Shown here: in pieces, positions 39,030-51,583 of the stretch
Layout: the number at the start of each line of letters is the position of its first letter
Position numbering within the stretch: the first letter of the stretch is position 1
Source of the DNA: Lytechinus pictus
Taxonomy: Eukaryota
DNA length: 64,000 nucleotides
Assembly: GCF_037042905.1 (NCBI RefSeq)
Contig: NC_087245.1
Location: 3,350,001 to 3,414,000 of the forward strand
Direction: 5' to 3'
The notes under the pieces: model-generated
Databases searched by the model: none
What the model saw: only the letters and a program-made list of their open reading frames with translations
What the model was told of the DNA's origin: nothing
Program-made: the position numbers and the translations under genes

Positions 39030-39108
39030 TGTTCTTCTTCTGCTTCTTCTTCTTCTTCCTCCTCCTCATCTTCTTCTTCTTCAACATCATCATCATCTTC
39101 TTCTTCTT
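39030..39108. repeat. (TCT/TCC/TCA)n microsatellite
   Basis: Direct reading; explains the poly-Ser ORF. Confidence 0.92.
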
Positions 39109-40339
39109 TGTTAATTTATAGATGTGGGACTTTTAATTATGTATCACATTTTAGTAAATAATAAACAACAAACTGAACCAGACTTAAACCAGGAGCCCGA
39201 TTTTGATCATGGATATGGCATTGGAAATGCGGTTTCACAGAAATCTAATCATTTCATATTTGCTCATTTTGATAATGGCTTAGGTCTATCCATTTGACAT
39301 TATAGACATGAAGGAATGTTTCAATTATTGTCAATTATTTATTGTATACGTAATAGTCAACAATAATACTGCCTTGGTAATTTAAACTTCCTCATACAAA
39401 TAGTAACGAATCGGCATGTGTTCATGTTAAGTCACTTTGCTTTTCGATCTGCTAAAATAAGGGAACCTAAGCTGGCGCTGTGACGTTTCAACGTAGCAGT
39501 TACAATTGTCACTGATGTGTTCATAGTTGTTGTTTTGGTCGGCGATTATGTGTGCCACAGTGACACGATGCCTCGAACACACTCGTTTTAGATGCAAAGA
39601 CGAATCATTTGAATTATTTGCAGGAGATTTTTTTTGTAAGTTTTTTTAATTTAAAATAGAAAGAATATTGGTAAACTGAAATGACCCAACTCCCTTCCAA
39701 ACTCGAATGATGTAATAATCTAGTGGTCTGCTTTGGGGGTTCTCCTCACTGGTGAATTCCGGTGTTCCTTTCTTTTATCATTTTGATCAATATTACCAAA
39801 TTCAGGATAACATTCCACAGCCTTAAAATGAGTTGGTGAGAACTTAGTTCGATAAAAATAAACTCTTGAGGGATGAGTTTCCTTCAAACAAGGGACCGAT
39901 TTCAAGGGTTTTCCCATGGCAACGATGATGTCATTACTCCCGTGAAAAGCACAACATGAGGCTAAGAAGGGGGTATGAAGGGGTGAAACCTCAATTATGG
40001 CGGCACTAAATCAGTATAACGATAGAAGACGACAATTTAATGTGTTATCGATTCATCATTTCCAGTTTTTCAATTCGCAGTATTGGCGATGAATTGTTCC
40101 ATATTGATGAAATTGAATATTTGACCTGGAATGGATACAAGTTTTGGAGAATGAAAAAAAAGTATGGTCCTTAAAATTAGGAAAGTGGGATGAAAACTGG
40201 TCAAACATTGTGCTCTCCTTTGTATTAATACATATATTTATCTGCATTAATTTGGTATCCCCTTCCCTCCATTTTGTTATCAAACATGGAAATTAATCTA
40301 TAGATGTTCTATAAATAAACCATTAGATCATTTAGAGCA

Positions 40340-41530
40340 AAGAGTTGTGATACAATGCTAAAGAAATGTTTTTCTTCAATAAATAATGTTAATTTTCTTG
40401 GTGTATATATCGTTTATTATATGGAATTGGACACCCATGTACAAAACGTCACTCAAAAAGTATCTAAATGTATATGTATACTGTACAAAATAAAAGATTC
40501 CATTCCATCTTCTGCACTACTATTACTATACAATTCTGTCACGCTCTCATATCTTAACTGTTGTGTTGCCGTTTGGGGAAATTGTAATCGAACAAAATTA
40601 AACAAATTATTTAAATTGAAGAAAAAAGCCCTTCGTATTTGCATGGGATGTCATCATCATGCTCACTCTGCCCCACTGTTTACAAAACTTAAATCTCTTA
40701 ATTTTTTTTTATTTGCATTATTTGTCTATTGCTCTACTTGGTTTTCTTCATTTTCAGAATGAATTGCCTCTTAATTACCATGAAATGTTTACTCTCAATC
40801 GCCAAATTCACCATCACAATACCCGTTTTAAAGATTTCGTCGGCGGTCATCCGAGCCGTCGTATCAGTCAATTTCGGTAAAAAAAAAAAAATAGATTTTG
40901 AGATTTTTGCAGAAAATTAAAATACAAGTCCTACTCTATTCATAACAAATTTTTAATAAAATGCGCAAATCTCATTGGAAACGTGTACTGTAACAGAGCG
41001 ATACGACGTTTTGATTGACCGCGATTTCAATGCGCGCAGTCAACCAAACCGTCGTATCAGCGCTGGGCACTTGAAAAGCGATACGCCGCTTTGACTGATC
41101 GCGTGCATTGAAATCACGGTCAGTCAAAACGTCGTATCGCCCTACGGCGTTTTGTACAGGGAAAATCTAAGTCGCTCGAACCGAAATTACAAGCATGTAG
41201 CTCTTTTGCCATATTTTCTCGGATCCTTACTTTTGTGTAAAAATAACGATACCAATGTCAAGCAATTTTCTTGGTCTTGCCAACCATGTATTTTTCAAGC
41301 AATGAATATGTTGTAAGGCTGGGGAACTAAATGTGAAAATTATGGTGAACTTTGAAGTCGATTTTCTCTGAAATGGGTTTGCACCGTCGTATGTGTGATA
41401 CGACGGATCGGATGACCTACGATTTGTTTTGCAGTTCCCTGTTTCATATTTGCTTTTGCTTGTTAATTTTGTATTATATATATTTCTTACCGAAATAAAA
41501 TAAATGCGAAGTGAATTGAATTGAATTGAA
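40340..41530 (+). mobile_element. Decayed L2/Crack-type LINE 3' fragment, interrupted by a DNA transposon
   Basis: ORF 40355..40762 (FLGVYI...LLLLYNSVTLSYLNCCVAVWGN...KKALRI...HSAPLF), then HHHNTR; AATAAA and (TTGAA)n tail at ~41494-41530. Confidence 0.85.
40838..41421. mobile_element. Non-autonomous DNA transposon with 4-bp ATTT TSD (Sola1-like)
   Basis: TIRs GGTCATCCGAGCCGTCGTATCA / TGATACGACGGATCGGATGACC; ATTT at 40834-40837 and 41422-41425; internal palindromes reuse CGTCGTATC. Confidence 0.75.
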
Positions 41531-41834
41531 TATTTGTCTTTCCGGTCAGAGTCAGTCTAGTTTCTGAACAATGACATACTGTATGGCAGTGATCCTTATG
41601 TTGAGTATTACATGTTAGAGATTAGGTCTAAATTTAGTTGCGGTCATGGTCACAAGTTAAATAATGAAATCACTTTGATTATTTTTCAACTTTTGACTTG
41701 CTTATACCATGCAGTAAATTAGAAAATCTACATCCATTTACGATTATGTCATCATATTCTCTTATCTTTATTGTGGCGTAATGCATTTATGAAAATTGCA
41801 AACTCTCGACACAATATTCCCTTGAGTTATTCTA

Positions 41835-42814
41835 CAGTGCGTATAAAAAAAGTTTACACTTTGAAAAAGCCCTGGGAATTAGAAAATATACAATATGTGG
41901 GTATTTTTCACATATATTCTTGGGTTTGGGTCTCATTTATCCAATGAAAGTAAAAGTTTTGACAGAATGTTACACTTGAGTGAGCACTGTCCGTTTTTTA
42001 AAGCTCGCAGAAATCTGTGTGCGCAGAAATGCTCGTTTTGACGCTGTGTCAAGGGGAAAAGGCGAAATCAAACTTACACTGCGAAACATTTCTGATACAT
42101 TTCCCTTGCACTTTTAGTCATTTGAAATAAAAAAAGATACATTCAAGCATTTTGTAACAATTTTGCCACCCAAATTAAATTGTTAACTCTTAATAAGCAC
42201 AACCTTTACCCATTTTGTGTCAGCTGGATCTGAGGACATAGCTGAATCTAAACAAAAGTTTATATCAGACATCTCCAGCATTTTTCACTACGTCTTTATC
42301 ATTTAAAGTGGTTTTACATTTCATTTTTCATTTAATACTTGTTTCTCCACACTTTTCCCAAGCTTGACAATGATTAACAAAATGAAAATCAAGCCTAAGC
42401 CATTTCATGTAAATCACAGCTCAGTGTAAAGCAAATATCGTCACGGTGGCCTCGGTGTGTGGGGGGAGTCCGGTGGGGTGCAATGGCACTCTTCGAAGTG
42501 TTTTGGGCAAGGAAACAAGTTTAAAAAAGTAAAATATCTTCAGATCAATTTTGGTAGTTAAATTCCAACTGTTCTTCATGAAAAAGGTCTACTTTTATTC
42601 TTATAACTATTTCAAAGTTCTGCGCAAATCATTTTTCACTAACTTTTCAAAAGTAAGTGGTGCTCACTCAAATGGAAATATTTTTGACAGTTATATCGTC
42701 ATTTGCTTGAATGGATCTGTACCAATGTTAAAATGTGGAAAAATCTTTAGGATATTACAAATGTATACATTTACAGGATTTTTTCTAAGTGTAAACTTTT
42801 ATTGATACGCACTG
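41835..42814. mobile_element. Non-autonomous Tc1/mariner element, TA TSD
   Basis: TA-CAGTGCGTATAAAAAAAAGTTTACACTT ... AAGTGTAAACTTTTATTGATACGCACTG-TA; long imperfect TIRs; no transposase ORF. Confidence 0.9.
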
Positions 42815-42871
42815 TATAAGTCATACTGTCAGAGACCATGTTTGTGTTATGGATAACAAGTCGCGATAACT

Positions 42872-43110
42872 GGGCATGGTGGCTCAGTGGTAGAGTGTCT
42901 GCCTCACGAACGGGGGGTTATGGATTCGATCCCGGACCGAGTCATACCAAAGCCTTACAAAAATGGGACATTCTGCCTTGGTGCTAGGAGCTCAGCATTT
43001 TGATTGGAGAAGGGTAATAATGTTATACAGGGCGCACTGGTAGAGCAGTTTTATTACTTAAAGAGCTACCCTGGGTAGCTGATATTGATATTATTAATAT
43101 TATCATTGTT
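42872..43110 (+). mobile_element. tRNA-derived SINE (second family, MetaSINE-like core)
   Basis: GGTGGCTCAGTGGTAGAG A-box, GGATTCGATCCC B-box, core GTCATACCAAAG...AAAATGGGAC...CTCAGCAT, (ATT)-rich tail. Core-domain assignment is from recall. Confidence 0.8.
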
Positions 43111-43580
43111 GCTGTTATTTCTGTTGCTATTATAATGAGGGCGCAATCTGGTGTCGGTTTTATTAAAATGGTTCTATTAACAAATCTGCAATAACAATTT
43201 GAACCTACAGAAATAATTTGATTTGATTGGCTGATAGTAAACTTGTGCTTTTGTTTTTATAACAAGTCTTTGTGAAAAGGGACCAGAAGCTTGCACCTCA
43301 TTATGCTTCTTCTGTAAGTTATGCATTTTCACCTCATATAGACAGTGCTCACTGCGCATGTTGACGCGTGATACGTCACAATGCTGTCGAATGTGATGAG
43401 GAGCGTAACAAGTGTGATATATACAGTTCATCGCATGTGAATATAACGTCTAAATAACATGTTACTTATCACCACTGTATATTGTGAGTGATGATAACAC
43501 TATGATAAAGACCAGTACTTTTCAGATCCTGTGATTTTCGGAGGTTGAAGGGAAGCAAGTTGATTTTAATATGGGAGGCA

Positions 43581-44570
43581 AATAATAATAATAATAATAT
43601 GAACATTTGTAATGCGCCGGTATCCATCATAAAAAGATGCTCATGGCGCAATAAAGAAAAGAAAAGAAAAGAAAAGAAAAGAAAAGAAAATAAAAGAAAA
43701 GAAAAGAAAAGAAAAGAAAAGAAAAGAAAAGAAAAGAAAAGAAAAGAAAAGAAAAGGAAAAAGAAAGGAAGGAAGAAAGAAAACCAACTAAAAAGAGGGG
43801 TAGAATAACAATTACCTAAAAGCTTGCGTGAATAACCAGGTTTTAAGAGAACTTTTGAAAGTGGTGAGACAAGAAATATTGCGGATTTCTATTGGCAGTT
43901 TATTCCATAGGAAAGGCCCAGCATGTTGAAATGATCGATCCCCCCATGAATTATGAGATTGTGGTACAGCGAGAAATAGTTAAACTAGAAGACCTAAGGT
44001 TGCGAGAGGGATTGTATGGAGTAATCAAAGAAGAGTTGTATTCAGGTGCAGTTCTGTGAATAGAATGGAAAACAAGTAGTAGGATTTTAAATGTAATGCG
44101 CTGTACAACGGGTAACCAGTGAAGAGATTTGAGAATGGGGGTTACTAGTATGTGATTCCTCTTGGGGGACATGGTGACGATACGGGCAGCATTATGTTGG
44201 AGTTTCCTAAGGCGATCTAACTGAGATTGTGAAACATTATATACTAAAGCATTGCAAAAATCAAGACGGGATGTAATGAGTACATGTATAATCTTCTCTG
44301 TACAAGACTTAGTGAGATACTTCCTAATGAACCCCAAATTCCGTAATTGGTACTGTACTGATTGACATATACTAGAGACCTGGGTAGACATGGACATATT
44401 AGCATCAAACATAACCCCAAGATTTCTGCACTTATCTGAAACTATGATTACAGAACATCCTATTTTTATGGAGCAGACATTAGACTTAGATAACTGAGCC
44501 CTAGAACCAAGCAACATCAATTCAGACTTAGCATTATTTGCTTTAAGAGAGTGTGAGCACATCCAATCTA
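43581..44570 (-). mobile_element. 5'-truncated L2-clade LINE
   Basis: ORF 43951..44562 has RNLGVMFD, SRLDFCNAL, HNAARIV and TPILKSLHWLPV. It continues as WGDRSFQHAGPFLWNKLP...FKSSLKTWLF. 3' stem TGCGCC...GGCGCA and (ATT)n tail. Confidence 0.92.
43651..43780. repeat. (AAAAG)n microsatellite inside the LINE 3' UTR
   Basis: Direct reading. Confidence 0.95.
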
Positions 44571-45955
44571 ATCTAGTATATTAAATTCAAGGTTGACTAT
44601 CTTAATAAGACAGAAACAAAAGAGAAGAAATTGCTGGTTAAGAATATTCTCGCAAAGGGGCATACGTTGTTTCATTTTTTATTGTATGGGGATTTCGTTA
44701 TTAGCCCCAGACCCACTGATAGAAAGACCAACCAAAACCATTCATCCCTGCAGAAAATGACGGTTGTTGTATGAACAACTAAAAAAAATATTTGAATAGT
44801 GTCATTATTAGCTTCTTTTTTGTACTTTCATTTATAACGAATTTGTAACAAATGAACCTGTGTGGAAATAGTTACTGATCTTTGACTGAAATTTCAATCT
44901 CTACATTTTAACATCGCCATTAAAAGAGAGAGTTCGGCCAACCCGGTTTCAATGGTTTACCAGCATCGTGTATAAGCCCAATTTAAAAGAACTTGCTCTA
45001 AAATCGCTCTTCATTGTAGACGTGGATGGCGCCAGCTATCTTGATCACGTGGTTTTCATGCATGTAGAATTTTGGAGACAGAAAAGAAGCAATTTGAGCG
45101 ATGCAGTGAGGCGTTCTAGCGCCATCTCACACATCTCATGTCAAACGGCCTCATTAGACGACACTTTGTCTTCATGTTTGATGATCTTCCAGGGTAGTCG
45201 ATATGACATTAAATGAAATGAAATTCTTGTGACTAACTATTATTATAATATTTCATAACTTGCAGTCTGTTTACCATATTTCAACTCCGATTACAAGGAT
45301 TGATTATCTAGCCAGATGATCTAATTATACAAGAAAAAGATAGTAAAGTTACTGTCAAATGTGTATAGGTAAAAACAAAGCGTAAAATTACAATTCTACG
45401 GTAGTTCGGATATTTCATAACCTTTCCGACGTTCTCCGTCCATTGCCTGTTCGTATCAAACCACTGGGTTTTTTTTTCTGGAGTCTTTTTCTCTCCCCGT
45501 CTCAAAATTATTTATGTATATAAAATCGATATATCCGTAACCAGAAGCGGAAGCGGTACCAAGGTATCGTATCAAGACCCAAATACGAACTATACGTGCT
45601 ACCATCCAATCACTTTCCTTTCATTTTCCTTTCATTTTCTCTGCTCGTTTTATTATCCTTTATCACTTATTGAGTGGTCCCACTTGCCAGTGTCCTTTAA
45701 TTTATTCAGAAGGAAAACTTGGGTATACTATTATACCATATTTTGGTTTGTTTGATTATTTAATAAGAAATATAGATCAGAGGAGTTTCAGTTATTTTTA
45801 AGACATGATTTTCAGTCGAAGTCAAAGTATTTTATTGAATTCCATTTTAATCAGAAGAAAAATACACTTTACCAGTTTTGCTCATCTGTATCTCTATTAG
45901 TGATATTAGAATGTGTAATGCTATTTGTTAGCAATGTCGTACTTTTAATTGCACG

Positions 45956-46150
45956 CACTCAATATGTTGGGCAACATACTGTCTACTGTGTTGGGTAATG
46001 TATGTTGGTAACAAAAATATAAATATATTCTGGGCATTTATCATCCAGTTGAGCAAATTTATTAGCCGTTATTATTTTTAATTACCCAATTTGGGCATAT
46101 TTTAACCAATTGTTGTGCGGACAATATGTTGCCCAACTATTTTAAGAGTG
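45956..46150. mobile_element. CACTA/EnSpm-like MITE
   Basis: Ends CACTC / GAGTG with subterminal GTTGGGCAACATA / TATGTTGCCCAAC; repeated TTGGG/CCCAA motifs. Confidence 0.65.
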
Positions 46151-46631
46151 TATGTTTTCCAACAACTTTTAATGAACTATTTGACCAAATTCCCATGGAC
46201 CATCGAGAAATGTTGAAATAGTAATAGAACAGCATTGTCATATTGTAACATGATGATTAAGTAAACGTTTTGAACATTGTATTTTAGCAACCTACCTTTA
46301 ATAAGTTCTACATGTATATGTCGCTTATGCAGTGCTATTTCATAGGTTTCAAAGGTTCATATCTTCTTTAGATTAGTTACTCCTTTGGTGCTGTGTACGT
46401 TGTGTGTGCAGATGAGTTACTCCTAAAGTGCCGTGTGCGTTGCGCCTTAGATGAGTGTTGTGTGCGTTAATTATTATGTGTGTTGTGTGGTGAAGAAAGG
46501 GATGTGTGTTGGAGTGGGTTGTGGGAGGGTGTGTTGGAGTACGAATGATTTCGTGCCCATGGGCATTGCATCTGAATTGTTATTTTTTCGTACATCAACT
46601 AACCTGTGTTTGGGGTCGCTCTGCCCGTCTG

Positions 46632-47493
46632 TTTTGTATCGCATGCATAGTAGAGTGAAACTATAAGCACTGCTTTTCCGACGACGGCGACGGCAGCGGC
46701 GGCGACGTCGTCAACATTGAAACCTTAACCAATGTTAAGTTTTTGAAATGTCATCATTTCTTAGGAAGTATATGAACCCAGTTCATGAAACTTGGACGTA
46801 AGGGTAATCAAGTGTTACTAAATATCCTGCCTATAACTTTCAGGTCACATAAACAAGATTAAAGGTCATTTTGCGTCAATTAACTTAGACCATGTTGGGG
46901 GAATCAACATCAAAATCTTGACCGAGGTTAAGTTTTTGAAATATCTAGTTTATGAAACTTGGACATTGGGGCAATAGTGTATCCCTTAATACCCGCATGA
47001 TTTTCAAGTCACATGACAAAGGTCATTTAGGGTCAACGAACTTTGGCCATGTTGGGATATTAGTTGAATCGCCATCATAACTTTGAAAGTTTGTGGATCT
47101 AGTTAATGAACCTTCGCTATAAGAGCAATCAAGTATCACCAAACATCCTGTGCAAGTTTCAGGTCACATGATCAAAGGTCATAGGTCTTTTAGGTTCAAC
47201 GAACTTTGGCCATGTTGGGGTATTTTCTGAATCGCCATCATAACTTTGAAATGTTTATAGATATAATTCGTGAAAAATAGACAACTTAGAGTAATCAAGA
47301 ACACCCTGCATCGGTTTCAGGTCACATGGCAAAGGTCATAGGTCACTTAGGTTTAATGAACATAGTATTTTGTTATCATATGAATGGTGTTTTTTGGTGA
47401 ATAATTATTCAATAGTTGTTTATCAAAGTCAGTACTGCTGCTATATTGCATCGCGTAATCCAGGCGAGACTGCCAGAGTCGTTCCACCTTTTT
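46632..47493 (+). mobile_element. Helentron-associated interspersed element (HINE), second family
   Basis: 5' TTTTGTATCGCATGCA (degenerate inverse of 3' subTIR CAGGCGAGAC), (CGG/CGA)n microsatellite, about four diverged internal tandem units (GAAACTTGGAC...CAGGTCACATG...AAAGGTCAT), 3' T-run. Confidence 0.8.
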
Positions 47494-50400
47494 GATGTGT
47501 GAATGTCCAATAAAAGAAATAAGGTATGTAAATATATTCCTTTCAAATATCTTAATATTTTTTTCAACTTGAGTCAACAAATCGTATTGCATGTTTTCCA
47601 TCTTGTATTGTGGTAAATGAAATGATTAAAAATACTTTGAACTTTAAAATATTCACAAGATATCGGAGAATGTCAGTGGAAATTAAATGCAGTTTTATAT
47701 TTTTCAACAAATGCAACCAGGGATGTTTTTTACAATCATGCATTTCTGTCATTGAATGGGATCACTTTTTATCTCGGAATAAAATTCATTAAATTTCAAA
47801 TTAGTCATCTGTACATTTACGAGTCTCCAACATTCGCTTTTGTAGTCATTGAGTGATTTCCCTCATTTTGTTCTCTTGTTGGGTTAAGGTTCCTTTTCAA
47901 TTGAGTATACAAATAATGGGATACTAATTAGAATACAAAAAAATTATTTATGTTCCATCGGTGGTTACGATTTTTCTTTTTGATATTGGAGACCCATTAG
48001 ACAAATACACAATTTGATTTCCCTATTGTCTGTCCAAATATAGCGCCGTTATTACTTGCGCAAGAACAGTAATCGAGTAATCACAAATCCCAGAAAGATC
48101 GAATGATTCTGTGTACTTAGTTGAATGGTCAATCAATTTAATGGACCGATTAATGATTCGACCGGATGCATATCGTCCGTAAATTTGCGTTGACGCCTCC
48201 ACCTGATTTTGTAGGGTATTGTGAACGAGCATGCCTTCTAGTACACACAGAAATCCCATTATAAAATATATTGCAAACTAAGCTCCTTTTACAAGCCATA
48301 GTGTCTATACATAGCACACAGCATTCTTGTAATAGCATTAAGATCCTAACATGTAGATATGTTAAGGCATTAATTCGAAGGTTTGTAAATGTTCACCGCC
48401 ATAACTCTTTATTTTCTTTATCGACCCGAAACCATCGACTAATATCACCGAGTGTCTTTTTCTGCTGTCTTCTTTGGGATGATCTACATGGAAGTGGTGC
48501 ATTGGAGATTTCTTTCAATTTTACCGATATCGGGTAGAACTCAGTGGGGACTGCTAATGGATTCCTTGTTGCTATAGAAACACATCGTAAATTATTATGT
48601 GCATTTTAAGACGGATATATGTATTTTGATCCAAAAGAACAAAATATTCATAATTCAAGTACAAATTCCCAGCCCTGATAATTATCATTGATAACACACG
48701 CACACATCCAATGAAAAAACACAACACACACACACACACACACACAACATAAAATAAAACGCATTTGGAATCAGTGTATAACTCATGCTATATTTAAGCG
48801 CTCATGTATTTTAAATGCGATTGGGAAATGGATAAAGCGATACCAATATTTATCAAAATATTTATTAAGTATTTACTGGCAGATATAATGATAAATGTCA
48901 TGTCTTGAATGCTTCAGTATATTCCTTGTTGTTTATGTACAATTCTGAGCGTCGGTAGAAAACAGACAAGACCGTAGATCACACTAATAAACCATGCCTG
49001 AGAATAAGAGAAAGACATTAGATGGGGGGATATTAAGAAGAGAAGAGAAAAAATGAAAGAAAGCAATCGGTATTATTACTTTATACATGCGAACGGATTG
49101 ACGCCGATGTTTAATATTTTCTTTTAAGGAATGTCTAATACGAGCGTTCATTTACCATATTAATTAATGTATGTTTTCTATGTAACTGACACCAAGAGCA
49201 CACAATCCTCAATACAGCCACCCTTGAATAAATGGAAGCCCTCTTAGGTCTTCTGTATAATGATACGAAGATGTACCCAGGTTCGAGAGGGGTGCATTTT
49301 CAATCATGAAGGCAAACACGATCATGGAAAAAAGTCAATATAAGGGGTCTCTCTGGGGAGGGTTTTCCAACCGGTGTCATCTGGTAGAGGTGGGGGTAAC
49401 GAGCTTCAGCCGTAACGTGAGTGAGCCAGTGATTGTGACACATGAACATAAGACATTGTGAGCTATAAAAGGTGAGAAAGAGAGTCAAATAAATAGAGAG
49501 AGAGAGTGGGAAAGAGATCGACAGAATGGGATTGTGAAAATAGAAACATAGAGAGAGCGGATTAAATTTATTGATTGTGCCTGAGATGGAAACAGTAGAA
49601 ATGGGTGGTATGGAGAGTTAGAATTTTAATAAAATAACATGCTAAGGATGCATGTGCGAAGGACGAGTCTTGAATAATTCCCGATTTCCCTCAGCTCACT
49701 TCAATATTTTTCTTTCTGTGTTTACTCGTAGTTTTTTTTTTTTTTTTTTAGTTGCCATTATATACATACATCTATAAAATTCGTAAACATAATGTATAAT
49801 ATTTGTATTTCTCTTTATTTCTATCCAAGCCACTGAGACAATTACTATGTATATTCATGCTAATCAACATAAGGACATTGTGACATAATGGCAACCCTTC
49901 TATCAATGGTAACTACTAGATAGCATTGTTTTACAACCAATCAAAATTAGTTAACTATAGATAAATGTACTACAGGATGTACTGCCGTCCATTGACAAAA
50001 AGTAACAACTATTTTTTTTTCTTTACTTTTTTCATGATTTGGGATATTTCTATATCCTTTACATAGAGCTAATGGAATTGGTGTTTTGTGGCCCTCAATT
50101 TCTGAAATACGGACGTTTAAGCAAGTAATTAGGTATATATCTCCACATAAAACAATAACACATTTTCCCGTTTTACAAAAAAGATACTCATTTCACAGAG
50201 TTGTTTCATTTTGTCAATGGACGGTCGTAAACAAAGCCAGGGGTAATTACAAGAGGGTGCATTTTGGGCATTTTTATGTTGTGCTTTTAAGTCACGCTCA
50301 CCCTTAATAATGTTGACGGGCTGTGCATGGGCTCTCTGACAAAATCAGTCTCCTAATCAAGAAAATGGTAGCCATTAGAAACATCTCCTCCCTCCTCAAT

Positions 50401-51084
50401 GGGTCGAATGGAGAGATAAGGATAGATCGAGGAACCTGATCCCAAATATATTCAGCTTCACCTAACGTGCACATCGCAATCCATCGGGGAAAAAAACCAT
50501 GAGTGAATTTAATGAGATGGCAAGGATGGAGAGGAATGCATTTTGTTAAGCTGAATACACAGTGTATTTAACACCTCAATAATGCAAGGTAAAGCTGTCT
50601 GACATATCCATCGGATTTTAAAGAAGGATTAGTTATACAAAATTTGAATTCGAATTAATTTCATATTTATATTCCAGGTGGATGCAGTTGATTTAAAAAA
50701 AATCTCTTAAGAATTCGCATTTCGTTATTTCAATAGAAAATTTGAGAAAGTTTCCATGTCTTAAAAGTTGTATTGAGATGCACTGTTGATTGTTTATTTT
50801 TTATTGCCCTTCGGGAAAAAAATATTATTATTCATTATTACATTACAATGTCAGTACAACAGTCCCCGATTCGATTTAATTGACCTAGTTTGCGTTTTGT
50901 TATAAGTCTAATATAATTCAATTTTAAATACCGCATGATAAATATATGCATATATATATATATATATATATATAATGACACATATATATGATGCAAACGG
51001 TATCTGTTAAATATTCATTTCTTATTATTATACTGTTATTCTTATTGGTATACTAGGTAAGTCTATCTCGCATGCATTAAGAAT

Positions 51085-51250
51085 GGCGTCCAAGTTGCCA
51101 TGCGTGCGCGCACATTTTGGGCATTGGTCGACCCTATTTTCCCGCCAAATCGTTTTCCACCACGCTAAGGGACGACCACTTGTACAACTGACTGTCATTC
51201 GCATCGTACATGTGATTTACCAGTAACACGTACCAATGAATAGACAGCAC
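51085..51250 (+). promoter_or_regulatory. Candidate Pol II promoter (CpG-rich; E2F site and two CCAAT boxes)
   Basis: TTTTCCCGCCAAA at 51137-51149, ATTGG at 51123-51127, CCAAT at 51233-51237, TGCGCGCA; local CpG enrichment outside recognisable repeats. Confidence 0.45.
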
Positions 51251-51540
51251 ATCCAGGGACGATCAGCATAGTCTGGCGCTCTTTTCTGTCGGAGTCTACG
51301 TGTCGCCTTTTATTCTTCCTTCTCCTTACTTTGTACGTGCCCTAAGAGTTGAATAGTGAGAGTTCACTATATCTTATTTTTCTTTCTATTTTCTACTCTG
51401 TACACTCTCTCTCTCTCCATCTCTTCCTGACTAACGACCAAACTGAGGTATTTCTGTTGATTTGTAATCGGCGTATGACGAGGATCGCGGGTGGTTAGTG
51501 GTTGGTTGCAGTCCAGGAGATTTATTTGTCAATTTCTGAT

Positions 51541-51583
51541 ATGGAGGAAAAGCCAAATCCTTCGGAGAAGGTGAAAAGAAATG
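51541..51583 (+). CDS. Candidate first coding exon (MEEKPNPSEKVKRN, phase-1 donor), product unknown
   Basis: GATATGG start context, purine-rich coding-like 43 nt, strong donor G|GTGAGT at 51583/51584, 300-400 bp downstream of the candidate promoter. No downstream exon identified. Confidence 0.4.
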
